Positions 45,472-55,200 of a stretch of 64,000 nt of DNA are shown piece after piece. The stretch's first letter is position 1, and each line of letters opens with the position of its first letter. Below the pieces are notes generated by a model, which was not told the DNA's origin, searched no databases, and saw nothing but the letters and a program-made list of their open reading frames with translations. Source of the DNA: Candidatus Sumerlaeales bacterium (GTDB taxonomy: Bacteria; Sumerlaeota; Sumerlaeia; Sumerlaeales; Sumerlaeaceae); assembly GCA_038243585.1 (NCBI GenBank), contig JBBSQY010000003.1, positions 67,703 to 131,702 of the forward strand, read 5' to 3'. Made by a program: the position numbers and the translations under genes.

Positions 45472-46071
45472 TTAACTAAAAATTCGGCTACCCGGCTTCG
45501 TTAGCGGAACATTATTAATGCACAGCGGGCAGGATTCTGGTGCATACGTCTCAGCGTCGAGAGCGGCATAGGCGCAGACCGGTTCGTCAGGTGCGAACCG
45601 TCCTCTGCTGCGGTCTACAATGACGGCATACCCGACGACTTGCGCTCCAAGATCCCGCACCATCTGCGCCGTCTCCAGCACGCTGCCGCCCGTGGTTACT
45701 ACGTTTTCAGCCAGGACCACTCGTTCTCCCGGTTTCAGAAAAAAGCCGCGCCGAAGTTCAAACTGACCCTCCGGCCGCTCCGCAAAGATATTGCGAACAC
45801 CGAGGCCGCGGGCAAGTTCATATCCAAAAATGATGGCGCCCAGGGCAGGGGAGACTATAACATCCGGTTTCCACTGAGAAACCATTAAGGCCATTGCTTC
45901 TACGACCCGCGCCGCGACTTCCGATTTTTCAAGCAGCGTCGCGCACTGAAAATACTGATTGCTATGAAGACCACTGCTGAGACGAAAGTGTCCGGACAGC
46001 AGAGCGCCCGAATCCTGCATGAGTTGCGTTGAAGCGGCCGGGGTCGCAGCGATCCGGAGGGTTGATGACAT
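45472..46071 (-). CDS. pyrE: Orotate phosphoribosyltransferase
   Basis: GALLSGHFRLSSGLHSNQYFQ, FAER...LRRGF, PRPP loop ENVVTTGGS, C-terminal CPLC...KPGSR. Confidence 0.9.
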   Translation of the reverse strand: MSSTLRIAATPAASTQLMQDSGALLSGHFRLSSGLHSNQYFQCATLLEKSEVAARVVEAMALMVSQWKPDVIVSPALGAIIFGYELARGLGVRNIFAERPEGQFELRRGFFLKPGERVVLAENVVTTGGSVLETAQMVRDLGAQVVGYAVIVDRSRGRFAPDEPVCAYAALDAETYAPESCPLCINNVPLTKPGSRIFS

Positions 46072-46179
46072 GGGTCAATCCTTATATAAAAGTCGCCGTT
46101 GTGTACAATGAAAGCTGAAACACAATGGACCACAATTAGAAAAGACGCAAATTTTTGCGGGATTTAAGCTGGGGCTCCG

Positions 46180-47226
46180 TTAACTGTAATGCACCTTTTT
46201 GCCGAATACGCGATTTTGAAGAAGCGTTAGAAAAAGAATAATGCTGAAAAGGATATATGCAATGGCCGATGCATAGCCGAGTTCGCGGTACCCGGTGAAA
46301 CCAACTTTAAACATATAGGAAACCAATGTTTCCGTGGTGCCACCGGGCGTGCCACCTGGCGTCATGATAAACATTGGCACGAACACCTTGAAAGCCGCTA
46401 TAAAAGCGATGAGCAGAACGAAAAAGCTGATCGGCGTGAGAAGAGGCCAGGTGATAAATCTAAACTTTTGCCAGCTACCAGCGCCATCCAATTCAGAGGC
46501 CTCGTAATAACTTCTATCAATATTTTGAAGCCCCGCCAAAAAGATAATCGTGAAGTAACCGACGTCGCGCCACACCGATGTTAGAATAACGGAAAACATG
46601 GCCAGCGACGGCCCGGCCAGCAACGGATGCAGCGGGGCTTTCAGTTGCAGCCCTGCCGTCCCAAGCGCCATCTCGACGATTCCTCGTGGTTCATTCAACC
46701 AGCCAAACGTGGGCAGCCCGGATGTTTCAAGCAGATAATTAATCAGCCCGAATTGCTCATTGAACACGTATTTGAACACGACTGAAACAGCGACCCACGT
46801 AGTCACGTAGGGAAGGAAATAGATTGTGCGAAAAACTCCGCGTCCCCAGTTCTGCCCGTTCAATAGCAGAGCCACTCCCAATGCCGCCGCCATCGTCAGG
46901 GGAACGCTGTAGAGGACGTAGTTGACGGTATTGTAGAGCACCTGGTGAAACTGCTTGTCACCAATTGCGCGCAGGTAATTTTCGACTCCCGCCCACTGAA
47001 CATCCGACAACCGTGCAGCGCCGACCCAATCCGTAAGCGAAACCACTATGGAAAAGGCGACGGGCAAAAACCAGAAAGCCAGCAACACAATGGCCGCGGG
47101 AGCCAGGTACAGCCAGGCTTCAAGATTGTCGCGCAGGGTTTTGTGGCTAAGACGAGGAACAAGAGCCATGGCGGCCATCCACAGCAGCAAAAGAGCGCCA
47201 GCGCCAGCGCCTGTAATAAACGACAT
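46180..47226 (-). CDS. Carbohydrate ABC transporter permease (MalF/UgpA-like)
   Basis: YLAPA, FRTIYFLPYV, EAA loop YYEASELDGAGSWQKFRFITWPLL, GYASAIA. Confidence 0.9.
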   Translation of the reverse strand: MSFITGAGAGALLLLWMAAMALVPRLSHKTLRDNLEAWLYLAPAAIVLLAFWFLPVAFSIVVSLTDWVGAARLSDVQWAGVENYLRAIGDKQFHQVLYNTVNYVLYSVPLTMAAALGVALLLNGQNWGRGVFRTIYFLPYVTTWVAVSVVFKYVFNEQFGLINYLLETSGLPTFGWLNEPRGIVEMALGTAGLQLKAPLHPLLAGPSLAMFSVILTSVWRDVGYFTIIFLAGLQNIDRSYYEASELDGAGSWQKFRFITWPLLTPISFFVLLIAFIAAFKVFVPMFIMTPGGTPGGTTETLVSYMFKVGFTGYRELGYASAIAYILFSIILFLTLLQNRVFGKKVHYS

Positions 47227-47242
47227 CGCCTGGTTTACAATT

Positions 47243-49300
47243 TTACCGCAAAAGCCAGGCGACGGCTGCGGCAAGCAGCGTAACCAGCAGAAGAAGACCC
47301 AGGAATTCCATGCGGCGACAATAAAAATGGTAATTCAAAAGCTTGTTCACCGAAGGGCTCAGAGCATAACGCTGAAAACGATTGTCGTTGCACGCAGTAA
47401 CGACCAGGGTCGGGTCCAGTTGAATGGCGCGTCGTAAATGATAAACCGCCAGCTTTTTTCGCCGTAAGGCGGCGCTGCATCGGGCCAGGCGATAATGAAG
47501 AACCGGGCTTCTTGGAAACCGGCAAAGCCCTTCGCTGGCAACGGCACAGGCTTTTGAGTAGGCGCAAATGTGATTATAAAATTCCGCCAGAATCTCATGA
47601 AACTCGCGGGAAAAAGAAGCAAACCTGCGTCCATGCTCCTCCAGCAGTGCGATACCTTCCACCGTGCGACCCAGATGATGGAGCGAATAGGCCTCCGCCA
47701 TCAGGCATTTAAATTCTGGTGCATCAGGGCCGACAGCCGATCCTGCGCCCCCCAGCCTTGCGGCCTGAAAATTTTTCAACGCCGCCCCATAATTTTTCTG
47801 CGCATACCAGGATTTACCCAGGAGCCAGTAAGTCTCCGGAGGGCTTGGATGTGCTGTTAAAAATGTCTCAAGATTCTGGATGCATTGCGTGTGCCTGTCC
47901 AGCATCTGCAGCACAATGGCGCGAAGCGTCTGAATGTCGGCGCTAGCGGGGTAGGTCTCCGCGGCTCGTTCAAGCACGGCGGCGGCTTTAGCTTTATCCC
48001 CTTGCCTCAGCAGAAAGCCAGAGTAAGCCCGATAAGTGCTCGAGCTGATGGTTGCCTGGCTGAACAATGCGGTATACCGCTGTCTGGCCAGGTCGGCGTT
48101 CGCCAATTTTTCGGCCAGTTCGGCGCTTACTAGTAGTGCCCGACGGTGCGCCATGTTTGACGCGATGAACGAGTCGATGCACTGACTTGCTTCGGAGACC
48201 AGGCCGCGTTTCACCAGGTTATCGACCTTTAGCTGAACAATTCGGAAATCCGTTGAGTCATGGCGCAACAGGACTTCCAGCGCCTGAAATTCTTCTTCGT
48301 GATCATTCAGATCCCGACAGAGGCGCACTTTCAGCATCATGGCCCGATGATCCCCCGGCGCAAGCTGCAACGCGCGGTTGACGCTTAACAGCGAATGCCT
48401 GAGCCGACCCCGTTCTGCAAAGGCCTGGGCCAGCAAAAGGTGTGTTTCCGGGTTCCGTTCGTCCAGGGTGCGGCTGCGCCTCAGGTCAAGAATGGCGTCG
48501 TTATACTGCCGCTCGTTCAGCAAAGCCCTGCCCCGGTAAAGGTAGATGAAAGCCAGCTCTACCCCGGACTGGATTGCATCTCCGGCGGCGGCGATTACCG
48601 CAGCCGGCTGTTCCAGTTCCGTCAGCGTTTCAAGCAGAAGGTTCCAGGTCGGCCCATCATCCGGTGACAAGGCCAGATATTCGCGAAAACAGCGCACGGC
48701 GTCGCGGCGGTTGCTCTGGCGCAGAAACAAAATGCCGCGATGAAGTATGGCTTCCGTATTGTTCGGGTCGAACTTCAGCAGTTTGTCATAGGCCGTCAAC
48801 GCCTCGTGATCCTCATGCAGCAAAAACAGGACATTGGCGTAATGCCGCAGGATTTCCAGGTGATCCGGGTGTTCTTCGACCAGGTCATGCAGAATCGTAA
48901 AAGCATCGCGCAGCCGAGATTTTTCTGCCAGAACGCAAGCCTTGTAAATCTTATGTTCGTAATTATCCGGCTGAAGGTGCAGCGCGTAATCAAACTTTTC
49001 GAGAGCCGCTTCGTGGCGACCCGCCATCAGCAGCGCATAGCCGCAATGGCTGTGAAACATGGCTTCCGTGGGAGAAAGAGAAATCGCCGACTCAAAAGAC
49101 CGAATCGCATCCGAAACGCGACCCAGGCGGATAAGCGTTATACCAAGCTGAAAAAGCGCCTCGGCGTTATATGGCTGAACCACGACCAATCTTTCGAAGC
49201 TGTTAAGTGCTTCGTCAAAGTGATCGGACTCAAGCATATCCATTCCCTCGTGAAAAAGAGAGTCGGGCGAATGCAATTCGTATTCATCAAATTCCTGCAT
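47243..49300 (-). CDS. TPR repeat protein with C-terminal TM anchor
   Basis: Many canonical TPRs, YRLARCSA...LRRAIQLDP...DNRF end motif, terminal hydrophobic helix. Confidence 0.85.
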   Translation of the reverse strand: MQEFDEYELHSPDSLFHEGMDMLESDHFDEALNSFERLVVVQPYNAEALFQLGITLIRLGRVSDAIRSFESAISLSPTEAMFHSHCGYALLMAGRHEAALEKFDYALHLQPDNYEHKIYKACVLAEKSRLRDAFTILHDLVEEHPDHLEILRHYANVLFLLHEDHEALTAYDKLLKFDPNNTEAILHRGILFLRQSNRRDAVRCFREYLALSPDDGPTWNLLLETLTELEQPAAVIAAAGDAIQSGVELAFIYLYRGRALLNERQYNDAILDLRRSRTLDERNPETHLLLAQAFAERGRLRHSLLSVNRALQLAPGDHRAMMLKVRLCRDLNDHEEEFQALEVLLRHDSTDFRIVQLKVDNLVKRGLVSEASQCIDSFIASNMAHRRALLVSAELAEKLANADLARQRYTALFSQATISSSTYRAYSGFLLRQGDKAKAAAVLERAAETYPASADIQTLRAIVLQMLDRHTQCIQNLETFLTAHPSPPETYWLLGKSWYAQKNYGAALKNFQAARLGGAGSAVGPDAPEFKCLMAEAYSLHHLGRTVEGIALLEEHGRRFASFSREFHEILAEFYNHICAYSKACAVASEGLCRFPRSPVLHYRLARCSAALRRKKLAVYHLRRAIQLDPTLVVTACNDNRFQRYALSPSVNKLLNYHFYCRRMEFLGLLLLVTLLAAAVAWLLR

Positions 49301-49392
49301 AATCCTGTCAGAAGATATGGCTGGGACTTAGCAGGAAATCAATGGTAAATCGACTTTAACACGTAAATTTTAAGCCTAAAGTTATCAGCAGT

Positions 49393-49770
49393 CTATCTGT
49401 TGCTGCTTTTATCATCCTCGTCTGAGTCGCCACTACACCGGCCGAGCTCAGAAAGCCTGTGGTACATTTCAGTAAACCGCATTAGCCCTATTGTTACGCA
49501 GACGATGCCAATAACCAAAAGCACATAGCCAAGGATCACCATTCCTTGAGATGCGAAAAATTTAATAATAGTAACAGCCACAACTAAAACCGCCAAGGCT
49601 GTCCGTACGTAGGCCAGCAGAGTGCGTTCATTGGCCATAATTGTTCGTTCCACAGCCATACAGTCATTAATTGAACGTGGCTTTTTGGCTATCTGCACTG
49701 GAGTTCCAACAGCAGCGCGGACCTCTGACGCTGTAGGGGCACCGGCTGAAGGTTGTAAAGTTTCACTCAT
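49393..49770 (-). CDS. DUF202 (YidH-like) membrane protein
   Basis: ERTIMANERTLLAYVRTAL plus two TMs. Confidence 0.88.
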   Translation of the reverse strand: MSETLQPSAGAPTASEVRAAVGTPVQIAKKPRSINDCMAVERTIMANERTLLAYVRTALAVLVVAVTIIKFFASQGMVILGYVLLVIGIVCVTIGLMRFTEMYHRLSELGRCSGDSDEDDKSSNR

Positions 49771-50833
49771 AATTAGTAAGAGATTTGGCTCTCCACAGGG
49801 AATGTTCGATAAGGTGATCAATTAACTTCGCAAATGATATGCCCGCCGCAGCGCATTGCTGAGGAATGAGTGATGTGGGAGTTAAACCGGGTATGGTCTG
49901 TGTTTCCAGCATGAACGGAAGAGCGTCTGCTTCCGGCCGTACGATCATATCTGTTCGTGACATACCTTCACAGAAAAGCGCCCGGTGCGCGATCAATGCC
50001 GTTGCCTGAAGACGTTCAATGAGCTCCACGGGAAGGGGAGCAGGTGTCACGTCTTTAGATTTCCCCGGAACATATTTGGCCTCGTAATCAAAAAATTCTG
50101 CTTCCGTGGGAGAAATCAAAGTCGGAGGCATTGCACGGGACACCACTTGACCGTTTTCGACAAAATCCACCACGCCGCATGATACCTCAACGCCCTCTAT
50201 CTTTTCCTCCACCAGAGCCCGCTCATCGGTTTCTAATGCATGCATAATCCCTGAATGGAGAGCTTCCGAACTTTTCACAAGGGAAACGCCCACGCTGCTG
50301 CCGCCGGATACCGGCTTAGTGAACAGAGGATATTTCAATTCTTCTATTCCTGCTGGAAACGGATTTTTGCGCGTGGCCAATACGCTTTTGGCCACCGCAA
50401 GACCGGCCTCGGCGAAAATATCCAGCGATGCGGCTTTGTTAAATGCGAGAGCGCTGGCAAGTATGCCTGAGCCAATATACGGCACGCCAGCCGTCTGCAA
50501 CAATCCCTGGATGGCCCCGTCTTCTCCAAACTGGCCATGAAACGCCAGAAATGCACAGTCTACCTCGGAAATCATACGCTGCAGGGCGGCGGGTAGCTCT
50601 GCTCCCAGATTCTCCTTAACATCGGCTTGCCGAAAAAAATCATCCAGCCACTCTCTCGACTCAGCTCCTTGGATGGCTCTGTCCGAAATCAGCCATTTAC
50701 CTTCACGGGTCACGATAACGGGTGTGACGATACGGCCGTCGGCATAAATCGCCTGACAAACGCAGAGCCCGGAGCTGAGCGAAACCTTAAACTCGGTGGA
50801 GGGACCACCGCATAATACCCAGATATGTTTCAT
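49763..50833 (-). CDS. ddl: D-alanine--D-alanine ligase
   Basis: GGPSTEFKVSL, HGQFGEDGAIQG, KP..GSSVGV, FFDYEAKY, SRTD, TIPGLT. Confidence 0.92.
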   Translation of the reverse strand: MKHIWVLCGGPSTEFKVSLSSGLCVCQAIYADGRIVTPVIVTREGKWLISDRAIQGAESREWLDDFFRQADVKENLGAELPAALQRMISEVDCAFLAFHGQFGEDGAIQGLLQTAGVPYIGSGILASALAFNKAASLDIFAEAGLAVAKSVLATRKNPFPAGIEELKYPLFTKPVSGGSSVGVSLVKSSEALHSGIMHALETDERALVEEKIEGVEVSCGVVDFVENGQVVSRAMPPTLISPTEAEFFDYEAKYVPGKSKDVTPAPLPVELIERLQATALIAHRALFCEGMSRTDMIVRPEADALPFMLETQTIPGLTPTSLIPQQCAAAGISFAKLIDHLIEHSLWRAKSLTNYE

Positions 50834-50931
50834 TCAGCCTCACTGCCGATATTAGTAAGACAAAGTTTCGATTCTGTCCTACTTTCACCGGCGTGAGCTA
50901 TTTCAGAAGCTCGATTGAATTTGCCTGTGCT

Positions 50932-53022
50932 TCAATACAGTGTCCATGCAGCAATGGCCGATGTGTTCATTATATAACCGCGAATGCGTAATGTAAGAGA
51001 ACTCACTACACCAATATCGCCCGCCGCTAAATCGCTAATCTTCACCTGCCAATCGCCCCCCGGTTCCTCGCCCCAGTGGGCAACAGATCTGAAACGCCAG
51101 TGGTCGTAATTATCGCCGGCATCAGACGATTTTAGTACGAGGTCGCTGAGCATGGCGCTGGGCGATTGCAACTGTATTTTAAGGTCTCCTCGGTAAGTGT
51201 GCGTAATGTTACTTTCCAATTCCACATGTTCAATTACGAACCCCGGTATACTCATGACTGGAATCGAAACCGTTACGCCTGAGACGTTATTATCCGGAAT
51301 TGAAAGCGGAACCGGTAATGCAGCTGAAACTTCTATAATCGTCGCCGGCGCTTCTACGTTTTCCCACTGGGCGGTGGTCGTAACCGCATCCAGCGCGTTA
51401 ACACGCCCAAAACCATAATCATGGCTGAACTTACGCCCGCTGCCGTTTGTCTTCCATCCCGGACTGGCAGGGTCATTTATGGTCGCAGTATCGACCAGGA
51501 TATGCATCACATCTCGATAGGTAAGGCTGGGGTTAACCTGCAACATGAGCGCAACCACGCCAGCCACGACGGGCGTCGCGGAGGATGTCCCACTGAAATT
51601 TGTGCGATAGTCGGTCGTGGAGGATCCGGCTGTGCCCGTTATATCTGTCGTGACAATTCCATCAGAGTAGTGGCCGCTTGGGGCATTAATTAAAAGCGCT
51701 GCCCCCGGTTCGCTATAATAGCTGTACGTGCCGGCGGAATTAGAGGCTCCAACGGCAATTACGAACGGACTGTTCGCATAACCGTCCTTGTTGATGTTGT
51801 CATTAGCCGTTCGTCCATTTCCCGCCGCCCAGGCGTACACGATCCCTTTGCCGTTGCGCCCGGTTGTCGTTCCATACTCCAGAGCTGCTTCTGTTAAAGG
51901 CCCAGGCCCCTGGAGCACGCTTCCTGTATCGTTCGGCCCCCAGGAATTACTGTTTATCGATACCTGGTTTTGCGGGATTATCTCTGATGCTTTCCACGCC
52001 ATTGCCGTGGCTTCATCGGAATCTCCAATGGCCGTCGCCAAAAGGCGTAAACCTACTATGCCGGCCCTGGGCGCTACGCCGGATACACCGATGCTGTTGT
52101 TACCGCGCGCCGCGGCTACACCGGCACATGCAACTCCGTGGGCCTGGTTAGGGGATGGGGTAGGGTCGTCGTCGTCGTCGTTGATGTCATAATCCAGATC
52201 CATGCGCACGTTTTCGGTCAGGTCGGGGTGCGATGTTTGCACTCCTTCATCACTTATTGCGATATTGACACCATCGCCGGTGGCCAGGTCCCAGGCGGAA
52301 ACAGCTTTAAGATCGTGGCCTGCTGTGCCTTGCACGGTATTGCTGCCGATGTTCATAAGGTGCCACTGGCTCGGCAACATTGGATCATCATAAGCCGCGC
52401 GCGGCCTTTTCTGTTCTTCAATAAGCGGCGCAGCCCACTCTGCGTCGCCGGACTCCTGCATGGCGTTAGCCGTGTTAAAGCCAGCGAGAATGTCGGTCGT
52501 GGTGTCAACTGTCGCGATAAAAGTGTTGGCGGAGTAAGGTACCGGTCGCAGGTCGGTCAGGCCATATCGAGCCGCTAAAGGCGCTGCTGGGCGTCCCACC
52601 GACAGGCGAAAGGATATCTGACTTGTCAAAAATTTTACAGGCGCGGTTGTCGAAGTTTCCGGGGCGGCCAGAATAGCCTGCGCCTTCACGTTCGGCATGG
52701 ACTTGTGAAGGCGCTGGGCATGGCCAGTTAATTCGGCCAGATTTTGAGCTTTAATATGAACCGTTAATTTCTCATTGCGATCCGAGGTGGTCTGAACTTT
52801 GGCGGCGGGATCCGCAGCCGATACCCCTCGAAGAGTGGCTGACAGGGGCGCAGTTGTTTCCAACGCCAGGGCATCAGTTTGTACATTAACCTGAACTCTG
52901 TGCCGTCCCTGGTAATAATAAGCAGGCACCTGCGCTTGTGCAGGCGACATCGACAACAGACAAGTCAGCCATATGACGCTGGAAATTACGTTTTTAGGAT
53001 TCAAAGGATTCCAAACGAGCAT
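50932..53022 (-). CDS. Secreted S8 kexin/furin-like protease with P domain
   Basis: Signal peptide, Asp (ISDEG), His (HGVACAG), SNSWG, oxyanion WAAGNG, Ser (SGTSSATP), P domain HTYRGDL...WGE.P.GDW. Confidence 0.9.
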   Translation of the reverse strand: MLVWNPLNPKNVISSVIWLTCLLSMSPAQAQVPAYYYQGRHRVQVNVQTDALALETTAPLSATLRGVSAADPAAKVQTTSDRNEKLTVHIKAQNLAELTGHAQRLHKSMPNVKAQAILAAPETSTTAPVKFLTSQISFRLSVGRPAAPLAARYGLTDLRPVPYSANTFIATVDTTTDILAGFNTANAMQESGDAEWAAPLIEEQKRPRAAYDDPMLPSQWHLMNIGSNTVQGTAGHDLKAVSAWDLATGDGVNIAISDEGVQTSHPDLTENVRMDLDYDINDDDDDPTPSPNQAHGVACAGVAAARGNNSIGVSGVAPRAGIVGLRLLATAIGDSDEATAMAWKASEIIPQNQVSINSNSWGPNDTGSVLQGPGPLTEAALEYGTTTGRNGKGIVYAWAAGNGRTANDNINKDGYANSPFVIAVGASNSAGTYSYYSEPGAALLINAPSGHYSDGIVTTDITGTAGSSTTDYRTNFSGTSSATPVVAGVVALMLQVNPSLTYRDVMHILVDTATINDPASPGWKTNGSGRKFSHDYGFGRVNALDAVTTTAQWENVEAPATIIEVSAALPVPLSIPDNNVSGVTVSIPVMSIPGFVIEHVELESNITHTYRGDLKIQLQSPSAMLSDLVLKSSDAGDNYDHWRFRSVAHWGEEPGGDWQVKISDLAAGDIGVVSSLTLRIRGYIMNTSAIAAWTLY

Positions 53023-53038
53023 TAGATAGGCTCATTTA

Positions 53039-54010
53039 CTATATATCAATGTGACCAAGAGCGACATCCCGGGCGAAATAGCTGAGAATTATATCAGCGC
53101 CTGCACGTCGAATGGAAATCAGAGATTCCCGCGCCGCCCTGGCCTCATCTATCCAGCCGTTAGCCGCCGCGGCCTTGATCATGCTGTATTCACCGCTGAC
53201 TTGGTAAGCGGCTATGGGTACATCAAAGCGGTCGCGCAGCAGGCGAACCATGTCCAGATAATAGGCTGCGGGTTTTACCATAAGGATATCCGCGCCCTCG
53301 GCAACGTCGGCCTCGGCTTCGCGCAATCCTTCGCGGCAGTTGGCCGGATTCAGCTGGTGGCTCTTGCGATCACCCGTCGTGGGGCAACTCTGCGCGGCGT
53401 CGCGAAAGGGACCGTAAAACGCCGAGGCATACTTGACCGCATAAGACATTATGGGCAGAGAAGAAAACCCTGCGGCGTCGAGACTGCTTCTAATATGTCC
53501 GATCCGCAGGTCCATCATGTCTGAAGGTGCCACCATATCGGCCCCCGCCAGGGCATGAGACAGGGCCATCTGGCCAAGTACTTCAATAGTCTCATCATTT
53601 AAAATCGTGCCAACCTGGCCGACAATCCCGCAATGACCATGGGAGGTGTATTCGCAAAGACAAACGTCCGTAATAACCATCAGGTGAGGGAAATGACTCT
53701 TCAAAGCCCGGATGGCCCGCTGGACAACCCCGTTTTCCACGCATCCGCCAGATCCAGTTTCATCTTTGGCGTCGGGAATACCAAAAAGCAGTATGCCGCC
53801 AAGCGAGGTACCCGCAAATTTTTCTACATCCCTAACCAGCTCATCCACGCTGAAATTAAAGACTCGCGGCATCGACGCGATCGGCCGCCGGATCCCGGCA
53901 CCCTCGCACACAAACATCGGGTATATCAGGTTGCCGGGAGTGACGGTGGTCTCTTCAACCAAATTCCGCAGACCCGCGCTCATGCGGAGCCGTCGCAGTC
54001 GTGTATCCAT
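53039..54010 (-). CDS. hemB: Porphobilinogen synthase (Zn type)
   Basis: RLRRLR, DVCLCEYTSHGHCG, APSDMMD, YASAFYGPFRDA, MVKP, AYQVSGEY. Start is uncertain (54010 or 54040). Confidence 0.96.
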   Translation of the reverse strand: MDTRLRRLRMSAGLRNLVEETTVTPGNLIYPMFVCEGAGIRRPIASMPRVFNFSVDELVRDVEKFAGTSLGGILLFGIPDAKDETGSGGCVENGVVQRAIRALKSHFPHLMVITDVCLCEYTSHGHCGIVGQVGTILNDETIEVLGQMALSHALAGADMVAPSDMMDLRIGHIRSSLDAAGFSSLPIMSYAVKYASAFYGPFRDAAQSCPTTGDRKSHQLNPANCREGLREAEADVAEGADILMVKPAAYYLDMVRLLRDRFDVPIAAYQVSGEYSMIKAAAANGWIDEARAARESLISIRRAGADIILSYFARDVALGHIDI

Positions 54011-54117
54011 CTTGCCGCGAAATGCAGAGAATTTGATCATAAATTCAATGGGGTTGACTGAGGCATTTGCTCTGCTGGTATTGAAACATAATATGATGAA
54101 CATGGACAGCATAACTA

Positions 54118-55089
54118 ATGGCCTGGGATAAAAAACCGCCAGCGAACCCTCTTGCTCGCGTTGATAAAAAGAGAAAATTCTATTTTCTCCATGGCGACGA
54201 TGAGGCCGCCATTGAGCGCGCTAAAGACCAGGTAGTTACCGCCCATCTTTCTCGAGAAGAACGAGAAGACAACTATTTCGAGATCGTCCCCACCGGCAAT
54301 CCGCCTCAGCTGAAAAAAGTTCTAGACGATGTGCTGTCGGAACTTAGCATGGTATCATTCCTGCCGGATATTACCCGGGTGGTAACCATGTACACGGTAA
54401 ACGACTTTTTCGACGGGAAAAGCGGCGGCAAGGGAGGCAGAAGCAAAAAGAAGGTAGCTGCGGATACAGGCCCGAAAAAGAGTTCCAGCGATCACATGGC
54501 AGCCTTCCTAACGGCGGAACTGCCGTCTCTCCCTGCGGTCCTCATTATTATAGTACTGGAAGATTACGAGAAATTTAAGCGCATAAGCGCGAGCAATCCC
54601 GTAGTGCAGTTCGCTCAAAATCAGTCAGCGGTATACGGCTTCAAGGAAGACAGCCCGCAATTTGCGTTTTTTGATGCCCTCTTCGCCCGGCAGACAACGA
54701 AATCTCTCGAAATCTGGCGTCAGTGGCAGCGCCGGGCGCCCGGATCGCCCCGCCCTTACATGATGCTGGCAAGCCAGTTGCGACTCCTTATCCAGGCAAA
54801 AACCGCCGGCGCACCGGTGCTTCAGCAGCGAGGAGTTAAAAAGTCTGAGTATGGAACTAACTTTATGCCCCACGAAATGGACAAGAACCTTTTCGCACTA
54901 AAGCCGGCTTTCAGAATGGACAAGTTGACTCGTGCCGCCGGAGCGTTTACCTTTGGCGAACTCCTTGCAAGTTATGAAAAGTTGCTGGATATACAGAAAT
55001 ACGCCATTCCCGTATCCACGGATGTTTACGTGCCAGATAGAGAATTGATGGCGGAAACGTGGATTATTGATTTCACTATGCGAAAGTAA
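54118..55089 (+). CDS. holA: DNA polymerase III delta subunit-like protein (shortened)
   Basis: FYFLHGDD, NY..I, SMVSFL..TRVV N-domain, and C-domain FAFFDALF...LASQLRLLIQAK...AFTFGEL...LLDI. Confidence 0.65.
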   Translation: MAWDKKPPANPLARVDKKRKFYFLHGDDEAAIERAKDQVVTAHLSREEREDNYFEIVPTGNPPQLKKVLDDVLSELSMVSFLPDITRVVTMYTVNDFFDGKSGGKGGRSKKKVAADTGPKKSSSDHMAAFLTAELPSLPAVLIIIVLEDYEKFKRISASNPVVQFAQNQSAVYGFKEDSPQFAFFDALFARQTTKSLEIWRQWQRRAPGSPRPYMMLASQLRLLIQAKTAGAPVLQQRGVKKSEYGTNFMPHEMDKNLFALKPAFRMDKLTRAAGAFTFGELLASYEKLLDIQKYAIPVSTDVYVPDRELMAETWIIDFTMRK

Positions 55090-55200
55090 TGTCTAATACT
55101 GCGTGTATTGAAGGCATTAAGCCTGATTACGCAATAGCGTCAATTACAGAGTACCAGTAGCGTTCTCAGAACTATAATGCGGTGTCAAAATTGAGGGAAA

